DNA from: an uncultured Actinomycetes bacterium
Lineage (GTDB): Bacteria; Actinomycetota; Thermoleophilia; Gaiellales; Gaiellaceae
Length of the DNA: 64,000 nt
Direction: 5' to 3'
NCBI GenBank assembly: GCA_963702785.1
Contig: CAVPDV010000002.1
Location: 12,505-76,504 of the forward strand
Shown: in pieces, positions 20,134 through 28,080 of the stretch
How the letters are laid out: each line of letters starts with the position of its first letter
Numbering within the stretch: position 1 is the stretch's first letter
Notes under the pieces: model-generated
What the model saw: the letters and a program-made list of their open reading frames with translations, nothing else
Databases searched by the model: none
What the model was told of the DNA's origin: nothing
Program-made: the position numbers and the translations under genes

Positions 20134-20175
20134 TTGCCATGCAGAAGGTCGTGGGTTCGAGTCCGATCATCCGCT
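20134..20175 (+). repeat. tRNA-Gly(GCC) 3'-half-like stub, copy C (degenerate T-stem)
   Basis: TTGCCATGCAGAAGGTCGTGGGTTCGAGTCCGATCATCCGCT has one T-stem mismatch relative to copy A. Confidence 0.55.
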
Positions 20176-20231
20176 CTCAACCGCCGACGCGCTGGACGTG
20201 GCTGCTCCGCCCTCGGCGGGAGAAGTAGGCG

Positions 20232-20261
20232 CTGGCATCTGTCCTCGGAGTCGTGTAGCTT
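20232..20261 (+). promoter_or_regulatory. candidate promoter of beta-helix paralog 2 (CTGGCA-18 nt-TAGCTT)
   Basis: This is the positional equivalent of 18327-18356. Confidence 0.3.
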
Positions 20262-20318
20262 CTTAGTCGGCTCTTAGGGCTGTTCGACCGGGTCCACCGG
20301 AGGACAAAGGGAGGGAAC

Positions 20319-21774
20319 ATGCGGTTGAGAGGCGCTCTTCTGCTTGCGGCTACTGCGAGCGTGGGTGCGGTGCTGATGCTGGCTGGGCCGGCGTCGGCGG
20401 CGAACCTGCATTGTGGTCAGGATTTGACGGGCAGCGTGACGCTGATCGGCAATCTGGACTGCTCGGCCTACGGCGACTGGGCGCTCAGGTTCGATTCGCT
20501 GCATCCCGGCGTGACGCTGAACCTGAACGGGTTCAAGGTGATCGGCGCGGCCGGTCATCACGTGATCAACACGGACGGCGCCAGCAACATCACGATCAAG
20601 GGCGGCGAGCTCGACGTCAAGGGTGACGGGATCGGGATCGCGAACTTCTTCGGGAGCAGCAACCTCGTGGTCGCGGGTGTGACGATCAAGGGTGACGGCA
20701 CCCCCGATTCCGAGGGTATTTACTCCAACGGTGGCCTGAACATGAGCGTCACCGGCGGTTCGATCAGCGGCGTCGACGGCGGCGTCGTCCTCGACGGTGA
20801 CACCGGTGACCTGATCAAGGGCAACACGATCACACCGAACGACGGTGGTTACGGCGTCTTCAGCGACGAGGACCTGACCGGCACGATGATCGTGAGCAAC
20901 ACGTTCACAAACACCGACGCTGACCAGACCGGCGTCGCCTACTTCGCCGAGTACGACGCCGGCACGCTGTTCAGCGGCAACACGGTGACCAAGATGGAGT
21001 ACGGCGTCTACGACGAGTACTACAGCGCGGGGCTGACGATCACCGGCAACGTGATGGACGGCAACGTCGACGGGATCTACTTCCGCGGGTACGGCGCGGG
21101 CGACGTGATCTCGAACAACTACATCAAGAACAGCGTCGACGAGGGGATCTATGACGCCCGCTCGTTCAACAACACGTACACGGGCAACGTGCTGACGAGC
21201 AACGGCAATGTCTCGAACAGCGCGAGCTACCTGATCGGCCCTGAGGGCTACGGGCCGGTGACGATGGTCAACAACTACGCCCGGACGGGCGACGGTGTCG
21301 GCTTTGCCGTCCTCGGGGCGTACAGCGACAGTGTCCCGGGTGGGCCGTACAGCCTGTTCAGCGGCAACGTGGCGACGGCGAACGGCAGCTCGGACGCTCC
21401 TGGGTTCTTCGACGAGTACTCGGTTGGTGCGACCTGGTCGAAGAACGTCGCCAACTACAACAATGCGGACGGGTTCGACTTCTGCGCTCCGTGGCGGGAG
21501 ACGGTCACGGGCAACAGCGCGAACCTGAACGGCGGAGATGGCTACTACTTCGTCTACGCGTGCGACGATCTGGTCGGACCGCCGCAGGTCACACCGTTCC
21601 CGCTCGTTGCAACCGCTGCAGACGAGCAGCCGCTCGCGGTCACGAACAACTCGGCGACCAACAACGGCGGGTACGGTTTCGAGGGCTTCGACTATCCCGA
21701 CCGCCGGCAGCGGCAACACGGGCGGCAAGACGAACGGCTACGGAGACTGCTACCTGATCAGCGGCTGCAGCTAG
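20319..21774 (+). pseudogene. secreted right-handed parallel beta-helix repeat protein, paralog 2 (single frameshift about 60 nt before the stop)
   Basis: The signal peptide is identical to paralog 1, with PbH1-like repeats throughout. Frame 1 runs through GGYGFEGFDY, after which the conserved C-terminus PTAGSGNTGGKTNGYGDCYLISGCS-stop lies in the frame of ORF 21538-21774. The 527-aa track ORF reads through to 21902 only because of this shift. Confidence 0.75.
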
Positions 21775-21803
21775 GTCGACAGCACACTCTCAACCGATCC
21801 CTG

Positions 21804-21831
21804 GAGCGGGCCACGGCAACGTGGCCCGCTC
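21804..21831 (+). terminator. 12-bp-stem hairpin after paralog 2
   Basis: Its sequence is identical to 19930-19957. Confidence 0.45.
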
Positions 21832-21836
21832 TGTCT

Positions 21837-21902
21837 AACGGCAACACGGGCGGCGGCACGAACGCAGAGGGCGACTGCTATCTCGTCGCCGGCTGCAGCT
21901 AG
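21837..21902 (+). pseudogene. orphan 3' end of a third beta-helix paralog
   Basis: It encodes NGNTGGGTNAEGDCYLVAGCS-stop directly behind the hairpin, with no upstream gene body. Confidence 0.6.
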
Positions 21903-21917
21903 ACAGCGGCGGCCGAT

Positions 21918-23879
21918 CTAGCCGGACGTTCCCGGCTTCAGGTGGAAGTAGGCCTGGTAGATCTCCTTCGCCGCCGGCGCCGCGGCCTCGGCGCCGTAGC
22001 CGCCGTGCTCGATCATCACGACGACGACGAGCTTCGGATGGTCGTACGGAGCCCACGACGCGTACCAGGAATGGACTCCGAGCGGCGGCGCCTCGGCGGT
22101 GCCCGTCTTGCCGGCGACCGTGGGCTTGAAGCCCGAGAAGACGCCGGCCGACGTTCCGGCAGGATCGTTCGCCGCCTCGTAGAGCCCCTGCGTGATCGCC
22201 GAGGTGTAGGGCGAGAGCTTCAGCTTGCGCACCGGCTTGATGGGGAGCACGTGGCGAACGCCGTTCCGGATCACGGCCTCTCCGACGTGCGGACGGACGA
22301 CCGTGCCGCCGTTGACCAGCGCGGAGTAGGCGACCGCGAGCTGGAGCGGGCTGACCTGGAGCGCGCCCTGCCCGATCGCGAGGTTGATCGTCTGGCCCTC
22401 CGTCCAGCCGACGCAGGCGCAGAGCTTCTTGAAGTACGAGCCCGGGCCGGGCACGTAGCCCGCGGACGCCCCGGTCAGGTCTACCGGGGGCGTCGTTCCG
22501 AGCCCGAGCTTGCGCGCCCAGTTCTGGATCAGCGTCCCTTGCGCCGACGGGTCGGCTGCCCAGATCCGGTCGCCGAGCCGGTAGAACCACGTGTCGCACG
22601 ACTGCTCGAGCGCGGTGGGCAGGGTCATGTCCTCGTAGATTCCCGCCTCGACGTTGTGGAAGATCGTGCCGCCGAGGTCGAACGAGCCGGAGCAGAGCTG
22701 CGGCGTGCTCGGCGTGATGATCCCCGCGCTGAGCGCGGCCTCGGCGATGATCGGCTTGAACGTCGAGCCGGTCGGATAGACGCCCGAGATCGCGCGGTTC
22801 AGCGTCGGGGTGGTCGACTTGTCGTTGTAGAGCTGCGTGAGGTAGTGCGGGTTCTCGGCCGCTTTCTTCTCGTCGAAGGTCGGGTAGCTGGCGATCGCCT
22901 TGATCGCGCCCGTCCAGGGGTCGATGGCGACCGCGGAGGCGCCGGTCGGGCTGTAGCCGTAGGAGCGAGAGTCGGCCATGCCGTCGAGCAGCGCCTTCTC
23001 GGTCGCCCTCTGCAGCCGTGCGTCGATCGAGAGCTGGAGCGTCGGCGGCTGCTTCTGGGGCGGGACGACGAGCGGGCCGGCGATGCGGCCGAGCGAGTCG
23101 ACCGGGATCTTCGCCTTGAGGAAGCCGGGGTCGAGGATCGAGTCGTAGGCAGCCTCGACGCCGCTCTGGCCCACGACCTCGCCGGCCTGCGCGTGCTTGT
23201 ACGCACCGGACTCGAGCTCCGGCTTGCTCACCTGCCCGAGCAGGCCGAGGAACTCGCTGCCGAAGGCGCCCTGCGGGTAGCTGCGCGACGCCTCCCCCTC
23301 GACCTTGAAGCCGGGGAACTTGTCGCTTCGCTCCTGCAGGTAGTCCGCGAGCGCGGCCCTCGGGTGCGGGATGACCACCGCCGGGGCGAACGGCGACTGG
23401 AGGACGGCCGACTTGACCCGCGCGACGAGAGTGCTCCGCTTCGTGCCCGACAGCCGCCCGAGGCGCCCGAGCGCGCGCAGCCCCACGGCGTTGGGATGCC
23501 AGATGCCGTGCGCGCCGATCGTGCCGAGCGAGGCCGCGTCGGCATCGACGAAGACGTGACCGCTCGTGCCTGCGAGCAGGCGCCCGCGGTCGTCGACGAT
23601 CGCTCCGCGCGGGCCGGGCAGGTTGACCGTCCGGTAGGCCTGCCGGTGTGTGCTGGCCGAGTACTGCCGCCCGTGCAGCACCTGGATCGACCATGCGCGC
23701 AGGAACAGGAGCGTGAGGAGCGCGGCGACGACGGCGGCGAGCCCGCCGACGCGGACATAGAAGCCGGGGCTGCGGAAATACGGCGCGTCGGCGCGCGAGT
23801 ACGGCTGCGGGCGGCGTCCCCGCGGAAGGTTCCGGGGGAGCTTCACCCGGCGGCGCGGATCCGGTCTCGAGATCGCCAC
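21918..23879 (-). CDS. mrdA: class B penicillin-binding protein 2 (peptidoglycan D,D-transpeptidase)
   Basis: An N-terminal TM anchor is present, with STFKP (SxxK), SCDTWFY and KTGTAE (KTG). The 653-aa frame is intact. Confidence 0.85.
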   Translation of the reverse strand: MAISRPDPRRRVKLPRNLPRGRRPQPYSRADAPYFRSPGFYVRVGGLAAVVAALLTLLFLRAWSIQVLHGRQYSASTHRQAYRTVNLPGPRGAIVDDRGRLLAGTSGHVFVDADAASLGTIGAHGIWHPNAVGLRALGRLGRLSGTKRSTLVARVKSAVLQSPFAPAVVIPHPRAALADYLQERSDKFPGFKVEGEASRSYPQGAFGSEFLGLLGQVSKPELESGAYKHAQAGEVVGQSGVEAAYDSILDPGFLKAKIPVDSLGRIAGPLVVPPQKQPPTLQLSIDARLQRATEKALLDGMADSRSYGYSPTGASAVAIDPWTGAIKAIASYPTFDEKKAAENPHYLTQLYNDKSTTPTLNRAISGVYPTGSTFKPIIAEAALSAGIITPSTPQLCSGSFDLGGTIFHNVEAGIYEDMTLPTALEQSCDTWFYRLGDRIWAADPSAQGTLIQNWARKLGLGTTPPVDLTGASAGYVPGPGSYFKKLCACVGWTEGQTINLAIGQGALQVSPLQLAVAYSALVNGGTVVRPHVGEAVIRNGVRHVLPIKPVRKLKLSPYTSAITQGLYEAANDPAGTSAGVFSGFKPTVAGKTGTAEAPPLGVHSWYASWAPYDHPKLVVVVMIEHGGYGAEAAAPAAKEIYQAYFHLKPGTSG

Positions 23880-23913
23880 GGAGTGGCCCAGACTAGTCGC
23901 TAATCTGCCGCCG

Positions 23914-24327
23914 TCACTGCTCCGCGATCTCGTCTGCCAGAAGCGAGAGGGCGAAGCAACGCCAGGCGAGATCCGGCTCGGCCCGCAGCGACTCGAGTGC
24001 CGCCGCGACGGCCGGCAGCTCCTCCGCCGGCAACTCGTCGAGCGCCTCCGCGAGCTGCCGGCGACGCTCCGGCGTGTCGAGCTCCGCCGCGAGACGCTCC
24101 GCCGCGATGGACTCGGGGCCGAGGTCGCGGTGCGGGTCGCCGCCGGCGGCGAGGACGAACATCGCGCGCCGGCGGGCGGCCTTCAGCTCGGCCTCCGCGA
24201 TGGCCACGTCCTCCCGGACGAGCCAGCAGAGCACGACGAGCAGCTCGCTCGACCGTGGGTCGAGCCCGGAACGCTCCAGGTCCTCGAGCCTAGCCCGGAT
24301 CCCGGCAGTCACCCGTCTCGCCTTCAC
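23914..24327 (-). CDS. hypothetical protein (helical, Ala/Glu/Leu-rich)
   Basis: This intact 137-aa ORF sits in the same transcriptional direction between the zinc-ribbon ORF and mrdA. I recognise no motif. Confidence 0.45.
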   Translation of the reverse strand: MKARRVTAGIRARLEDLERSGLDPRSSELLVVLCWLVREDVAIAEAELKAARRRAMFVLAAGGDPHRDLGPESIAAERLAAELDTPERRRQLAEALDELPAEELPAVAAALESLRAEPDLAWRCFALSLLADEIAEQ

Positions 24328-24418
24328 AGCAGCCGATCTTCAGGCGGCACTTGGGGCACTGAAAAGTGCCGTGCCGCCACTCCATCTCGGCGCTGCAGCG
24401 CGGGCAGATCTCCTTCAT
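24290..24418 (-). CDS. 42-aa zinc-ribbon protein
   Basis: The sequence is MKEICPRCSAEMEWRHGTFQCPKCRLKIGCCEGETGDCRDPG, with CxxC-N13-CxxC. There is a 4-nt overlap with the GNAT stop and a 38-nt overlap with the next ORF. Confidence 0.5.
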   Translation of the reverse strand: MKEICPRCSAEMEWRHGTFQCPKCRLKIGCCEGETGDCRDPG

Positions 24419-25140
24419 CCCCACGAGAGTACGTCCTCGAGCCGACGGAACGCGACCACCTGCTCGAAGCCGAGCCGGCGCAGGACCGGACCGGATTGCT
24501 CGTTCGCGCTGACCGTGAGCGCGGGCGTGCCGCGGCGGACGGCCTCGTCCCAGCGTGCCCGGACCAGGGCGCGGTAGCAGCCGCGGCCGCGGGCCTTCGG
24601 CCGCGTCGCGCCGCCCCACAGCAGCATCCCGCGGCTCGTGGGCATCGCTGCCCCCGCGGCGGCTAGCTCGCCGTCGAGCCAGGCGCCGAACAGGACGGCG
24701 CTCGTGCGCTCGAACTCCGCCGCGAGAAGCTCGGGTGTCGCCCGCCGTTCGGGCGGGTTGTCGAACGTCTCCTCCTGCAAGCCGCGCACCTCGACCCAGT
24801 CGGCCACGTTGTCGATCCGCCGCACCTCCACCTCGGGCGGGCCCGGCGGAGGCGGCGACGTGGCCAGGAGGCCGTCGAGCCGGTAATCCGTAGGGATGAC
24901 CTGCAAGCCTGCGCCGACCAGCTGAGCCTCGACGTCCGCCGGTGTCGACCGGTCGCTGACCCACCAGCTCGCCACGCGCGTCCGGGTTCGCTCGAGGATC
25001 CCTCGGACCTCCGTGACCGCTTCCGCCGCTTCGCCGTCCCGCAGCCGGATGCTCTCGACGGCGGCCCACACTCCGTCGAGATCGGCGACGACGACGAAGC
25101 GGGGAGTGGACACGACGGCTGCCCCGGCCGTCGACTCCAT
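24415..25140 (-). CDS. GNAT family N-acetyltransferase
   Basis: The C-terminal half carries LWGGATRPKARGRGCYRALVRARWDEAVRRGTPALTVSANEQSGPVLRRLGFE, which matches the acetyl-CoA-binding motif A region. Confidence 0.7.
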   Translation of the reverse strand: MESTAGAAVVSTPRFVVVADLDGVWAAVESIRLRDGEAAEAVTEVRGILERTRTRVASWWVSDRSTPADVEAQLVGAGLQVIPTDYRLDGLLATSPPPPGPPEVEVRRIDNVADWVEVRGLQEETFDNPPERRATPELLAAEFERTSAVLFGAWLDGELAAAGAAMPTSRGMLLWGGATRPKARGRGCYRALVRARWDEAVRRGTPALTVSANEQSGPVLRRLGFEQVVAFRRLEDVLSWG

Positions 25141-25174
25141 GAACCGGCCCGGCGCCTCGACGAAGTCGATCAGG

Positions 25175-26530
25175 TCAGGCGACGTGGTACTCGTCCGCGA
25201 TCGACAGGACGTCGTCGAGGATCGCCACGCCCTCCGCGAGCTCCTCGGGCGTGATCGTGAGCGGCGGGCAGACCATGACGACGTTGAAGTGCGTCATCAG
25301 GTAGAGGCCGCGCTCGAGCGCCGCCTTCGCGAGCCGGGCGACAGGTGCGGCAGCCTCGCCGGTCGCGTTGAACGGGACGAGCGGCTCGCGGGTCTCGCGG
25401 CTCCGGACGAGCTCCAGCGCCCAGAAGCAGCCGAGCCCCCGCACGTCGCCGACCGAGGGGTGGCGATCGGCGAGCCCGTGCAGCGCGTCGTCGAACGCCT
25501 CGCCCATCGCGGCCGCGTGCTCGACGATCCCCTCCTCCCGGAACGCCTCGATCGAGGCGACGCCCACGGCGCAGGCGAGCGGATGCCCGCTGTACGTGAG
25601 CCCGCCGGCGAAGTACCTGCCTCGCACCCAGTCTGCGATCGGCTCGCGGATCGTCATCGCGCCGAGCGGGACGTAGCCCGAGTTGATGCCCTTCGCCATG
25701 GTCAGGATGTCGGGGACGACGTCCCAGTGGTCGACGGCGAACCACTTGCCGGTGCGGCCGAAGCCCACCATCACCTCGTCGGCGATGAGCAGGATCCCGT
25801 GGCGGTCGCAGACCTCGCGGATCGACTGCAGATAGCCGTCGGGCGGGACGATGACGCCGTTCGTCCCGGTCACCGTCTCGAGGATCACGGCGGCGACGGT
25901 GTGCGGTCCCTCGTAGGAGAGGATCTCCTCGAGGTGCGGCCCGCCCGTGCAGACGGGGCACGGCTCGGGATGGCCCGCCGGGCAGCGGTACGTGTACGGG
26001 TCGAGCATCCGTACGACGCCGGGGATGCCGGGCTCGGCAGGCCAGCGGCGTGGCTCGCCCGTGAGGGTGATCGAGCCCGCGGTCGCCCCGTGGTAGCTGC
26101 GGTAGCGGGCGATGACCTTCTGCCGGCCGGTGTACCAGCGGGCGAGCTTGATCGCGTTCTCGTTCGCCTCGGCGCCGCCGTTCGTGAAGAAGGACATCGA
26201 CAGGTCGCCCGGCGTCACCTCGGCGAGCAGTCGCGCGAGCGTCGAGCGCGGCTCCGTCGCCATCGGCGGGCCGATCGTGCAGAGCTGGTCAGCCTGCTCC
26301 TTGATCGCGGCGACGAGCTTCGGGTGCTGGTGCCCGATCGAGACGTTGACGAGCTGCGAGGCGAAGTCGAGGTAGCGCTTCCCGTCGTAGTCCCAGAAGT
26401 AGCGTCCCTCGGCGCCGGCCACCGGGATCGGGTCGATCGCGTCCTGCACCGACCACGAGTGGAGGACGTACCGCTTGGCGTCGTCCTTGACCCGCTCGCC
26501 GATCTCCGTGTTCCGCTCGATCGCCGCCAC
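25175..26530 (-). CDS. class III (omega-amino acid:pyruvate type) PLP aminotransferase
   Basis: FFTNGGAEANENAIKLAR, ADEVMVGFGRTGKWFA and ILTMAKGINSGY (PLP lysine) are present. The 451-aa frame is intact. Confidence 0.85.
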   Translation of the reverse strand: MAAIERNTEIGERVKDDAKRYVLHSWSVQDAIDPIPVAGAEGRYFWDYDGKRYLDFASQLVNVSIGHQHPKLVAAIKEQADQLCTIGPPMATEPRSTLARLLAEVTPGDLSMSFFTNGGAEANENAIKLARWYTGRQKVIARYRSYHGATAGSITLTGEPRRWPAEPGIPGVVRMLDPYTYRCPAGHPEPCPVCTGGPHLEEILSYEGPHTVAAVILETVTGTNGVIVPPDGYLQSIREVCDRHGILLIADEVMVGFGRTGKWFAVDHWDVVPDILTMAKGINSGYVPLGAMTIREPIADWVRGRYFAGGLTYSGHPLACAVGVASIEAFREEGIVEHAAAMGEAFDDALHGLADRHPSVGDVRGLGCFWALELVRSRETREPLVPFNATGEAAAPVARLAKAALERGLYLMTHFNVVMVCPPLTITPEELAEGVAILDDVLSIADEYHVA

Positions 26531-26548
26531 GCGGCTAGGCTAGCCGAC

Positions 26549-28060
26549 ATGACGGAGACGGTCCAGGCTCCCGCCGTCACGCGGATCCCGCACTGGATCG
26601 GCGGCAGCCGCGTCGACGGCGAGTCGGGTCGCAGCGGCCCTGTCTACAACCCGGCCACCGGCCGCCAGACGGGCGCCGTCGACTTCGCGACGATCGAGGA
26701 GGTGGACGCCGCCGTCCAGGCCGCGAAGGCGGCTCTCCCGGGCTGGCGCGAAACCTCCCTCGCCAAGCGGGCCGAGCTCTTCTTCCGCATCCGCGAGCTC
26801 GTGCACGAGCGCCGCGAGGAGGTGGCGGCGATCCTCGTCCGCGAGCACGGCAAGGTCTTCTCCGACGCGCTCGGCGAGGTCACGCGCGGGCTCGAGGTGA
26901 TCGAGCACTGCTGCGGTCTCCCGACGCTGCTCAAGGGGGAGCACTCGGAGCAGGTCTCGACGGGCATCGACGTGCACTCCGTCCGGCAGCCCCTCGGCGT
27001 CGTCGCCGGGATCACGCCGTTCAACTTCCCGGTCATGGTGCCCATGTGGATGTGGGCGCCGGCCATCGCCTGCGGCAACACCTTCGTGCTCAAGCCTTCG
27101 GAGAAGGACCCGTCGGCGTCCCTCTGGACGGCGGAGCTGCTCAAGGAGGCAGGGCTGCCGGACGGCGTGTTCAACGTCGTCATGGGCGACAAGGTCGCCG
27201 TCGACGCCGTGCTCGAGCACCCCGACGTCGCCGCGGTCTCCTTCGTCGGCTCGACGCCGATCGCGCGCTACGTCTACGAGCAGGCAACCTCGAGGGGCAA
27301 GCGTTGCCAGGCCCTCGGCGGCGCGAAGAACCACATGATCGTCCTGCCGGACGCCGACATCGACATGGCCGCCGACGCCGCGGTCTCCGCCGGCTACGGC
27401 TCTGCGGGCGAGCGCTGCATGGCCGTCTCGGTGCTCGTCGCGGTGGGGGACGCCGGCGACCGGCTCGTCGAGGCGATCCGCGACCGGATCCCGAAGCTCG
27501 TCGTCGGAGACGGCATGGACCCCGCCTCCGAGATGGGCCCGCTCGTCACGCAGGAGCACCGCGACCGGGTCGCGTCCTATGTCGAGAACGCCCCCGCCGA
27601 AGGCGCGACCGTCGTCGTCGACGGGCGCGAGGGAGTGCCGGCAGAGGGCTTCTTCCTCAATCCGACGCTGCTCGACGGCGTCACGCCGGCGATGCAGGCC
27701 TACGCGGACGAGATCTTCGGGCCGGTGCTCGGAGTGACGCGCGTCGCGTCGTACGACGAGGCGGTGCGGCTGGTGAACGAGAACCCGTACGGGAACGGCG
27801 TCGCGCTCTTCACCCGCGACGGCGGCGTCGCCCGGCGCTTCCAGTTCGAGGTGCAGGCGGGGATGGTCGGGATCAACGTCCCGATCCCCGTGCCGGTTGC
27901 GTACTACTCGTTCGGCGGCTGGAAGGCGTCGCTGTTCGGCGACCGCCATGTGTACGGCCCCGAAGGCATCGACTTCTACACGCGTGGCAAGGTCGTCACG
28001 ACCCGCTGGCCCGACCCCGCCACGTCGCAGATCGATCTCGGTTTCCCGCAGACGCGCTGA
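26549..28060 (+). CDS. mmsA: CoA-acylating methylmalonate/malonate-semialdehyde dehydrogenase
   Basis: FNFPVMVPMWMWAPAIACGNTFVLKPSEKDP, GSAGERCMAVS (catalytic Cys) and MVGINVPIPVPVAYYSFGGWKASLFGD are present. Only the C-terminal 503 codons of the 1015-aa track ORF are genuine. Confidence 0.85.
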   Translation: MTETVQAPAVTRIPHWIGGSRVDGESGRSGPVYNPATGRQTGAVDFATIEEVDAAVQAAKAALPGWRETSLAKRAELFFRIRELVHERREEVAAILVREHGKVFSDALGEVTRGLEVIEHCCGLPTLLKGEHSEQVSTGIDVHSVRQPLGVVAGITPFNFPVMVPMWMWAPAIACGNTFVLKPSEKDPSASLWTAELLKEAGLPDGVFNVVMGDKVAVDAVLEHPDVAAVSFVGSTPIARYVYEQATSRGKRCQALGGAKNHMIVLPDADIDMAADAAVSAGYGSAGERCMAVSVLVAVGDAGDRLVEAIRDRIPKLVVGDGMDPASEMGPLVTQEHRDRVASYVENAPAEGATVVVDGREGVPAEGFFLNPTLLDGVTPAMQAYADEIFGPVLGVTRVASYDEAVRLVNENPYGNGVALFTRDGGVARRFQFEVQAGMVGINVPIPVPVAYYSFGGWKASLFGDRHVYGPEGIDFYTRGKVVTTRWPDPATSQIDLGFPQTR

Positions 28061-28080
28061 GGCTGTGCGAGGCTAGGGCC

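Larger units (their letters stand above)
18154..21831 (+). repeat. tandem direct duplication, two units of about 1.8-1.9 kb (18154-19957 and 20052-21831)
   Basis: Each unit carries the same ordered blocks: CTGCAACCCGG.., the tRNA-Gly-like stub, GCTGGACGTGGCTGCTCCGCCCTCGGCGGGAGAAG.., the leader, a near-identical signal-peptide coding region, a highly similar 3' gene half, and the identical hairpin GAGCGGGCCACGGCAACGTGGCCCGCTC. Confidence 0.85.

Noticed and set aside
19833-21902. Diversity-generating retroelement (template/variable repeat) explanation for the repeated 3' ends
   Set aside because: Differences between the copies are not adenine-specific. The repeats are very short. No reverse transcriptase or accessory gene is present anywhere in the window.
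21942-23903. 653-aa plus-strand ORF of the same length as the PBP2 gene
   Set aside because: It is exactly antisense to a well-supported PBP2 gene with SxxK/KTG motifs. Its translation is Arg/Asp/Gly/Ala-rich low-complexity sequence typical of shadow ORFs in high-GC DNA.
25013-26548. N-terminal 512 codons of the 1015-aa ORF 25013-28060
   Set aside because: This part is antisense to the intact class III aminotransferase and to the GNAT 5' end, and it has no motifs. The recognisable MmsA protein starts at the ATG at 26549.
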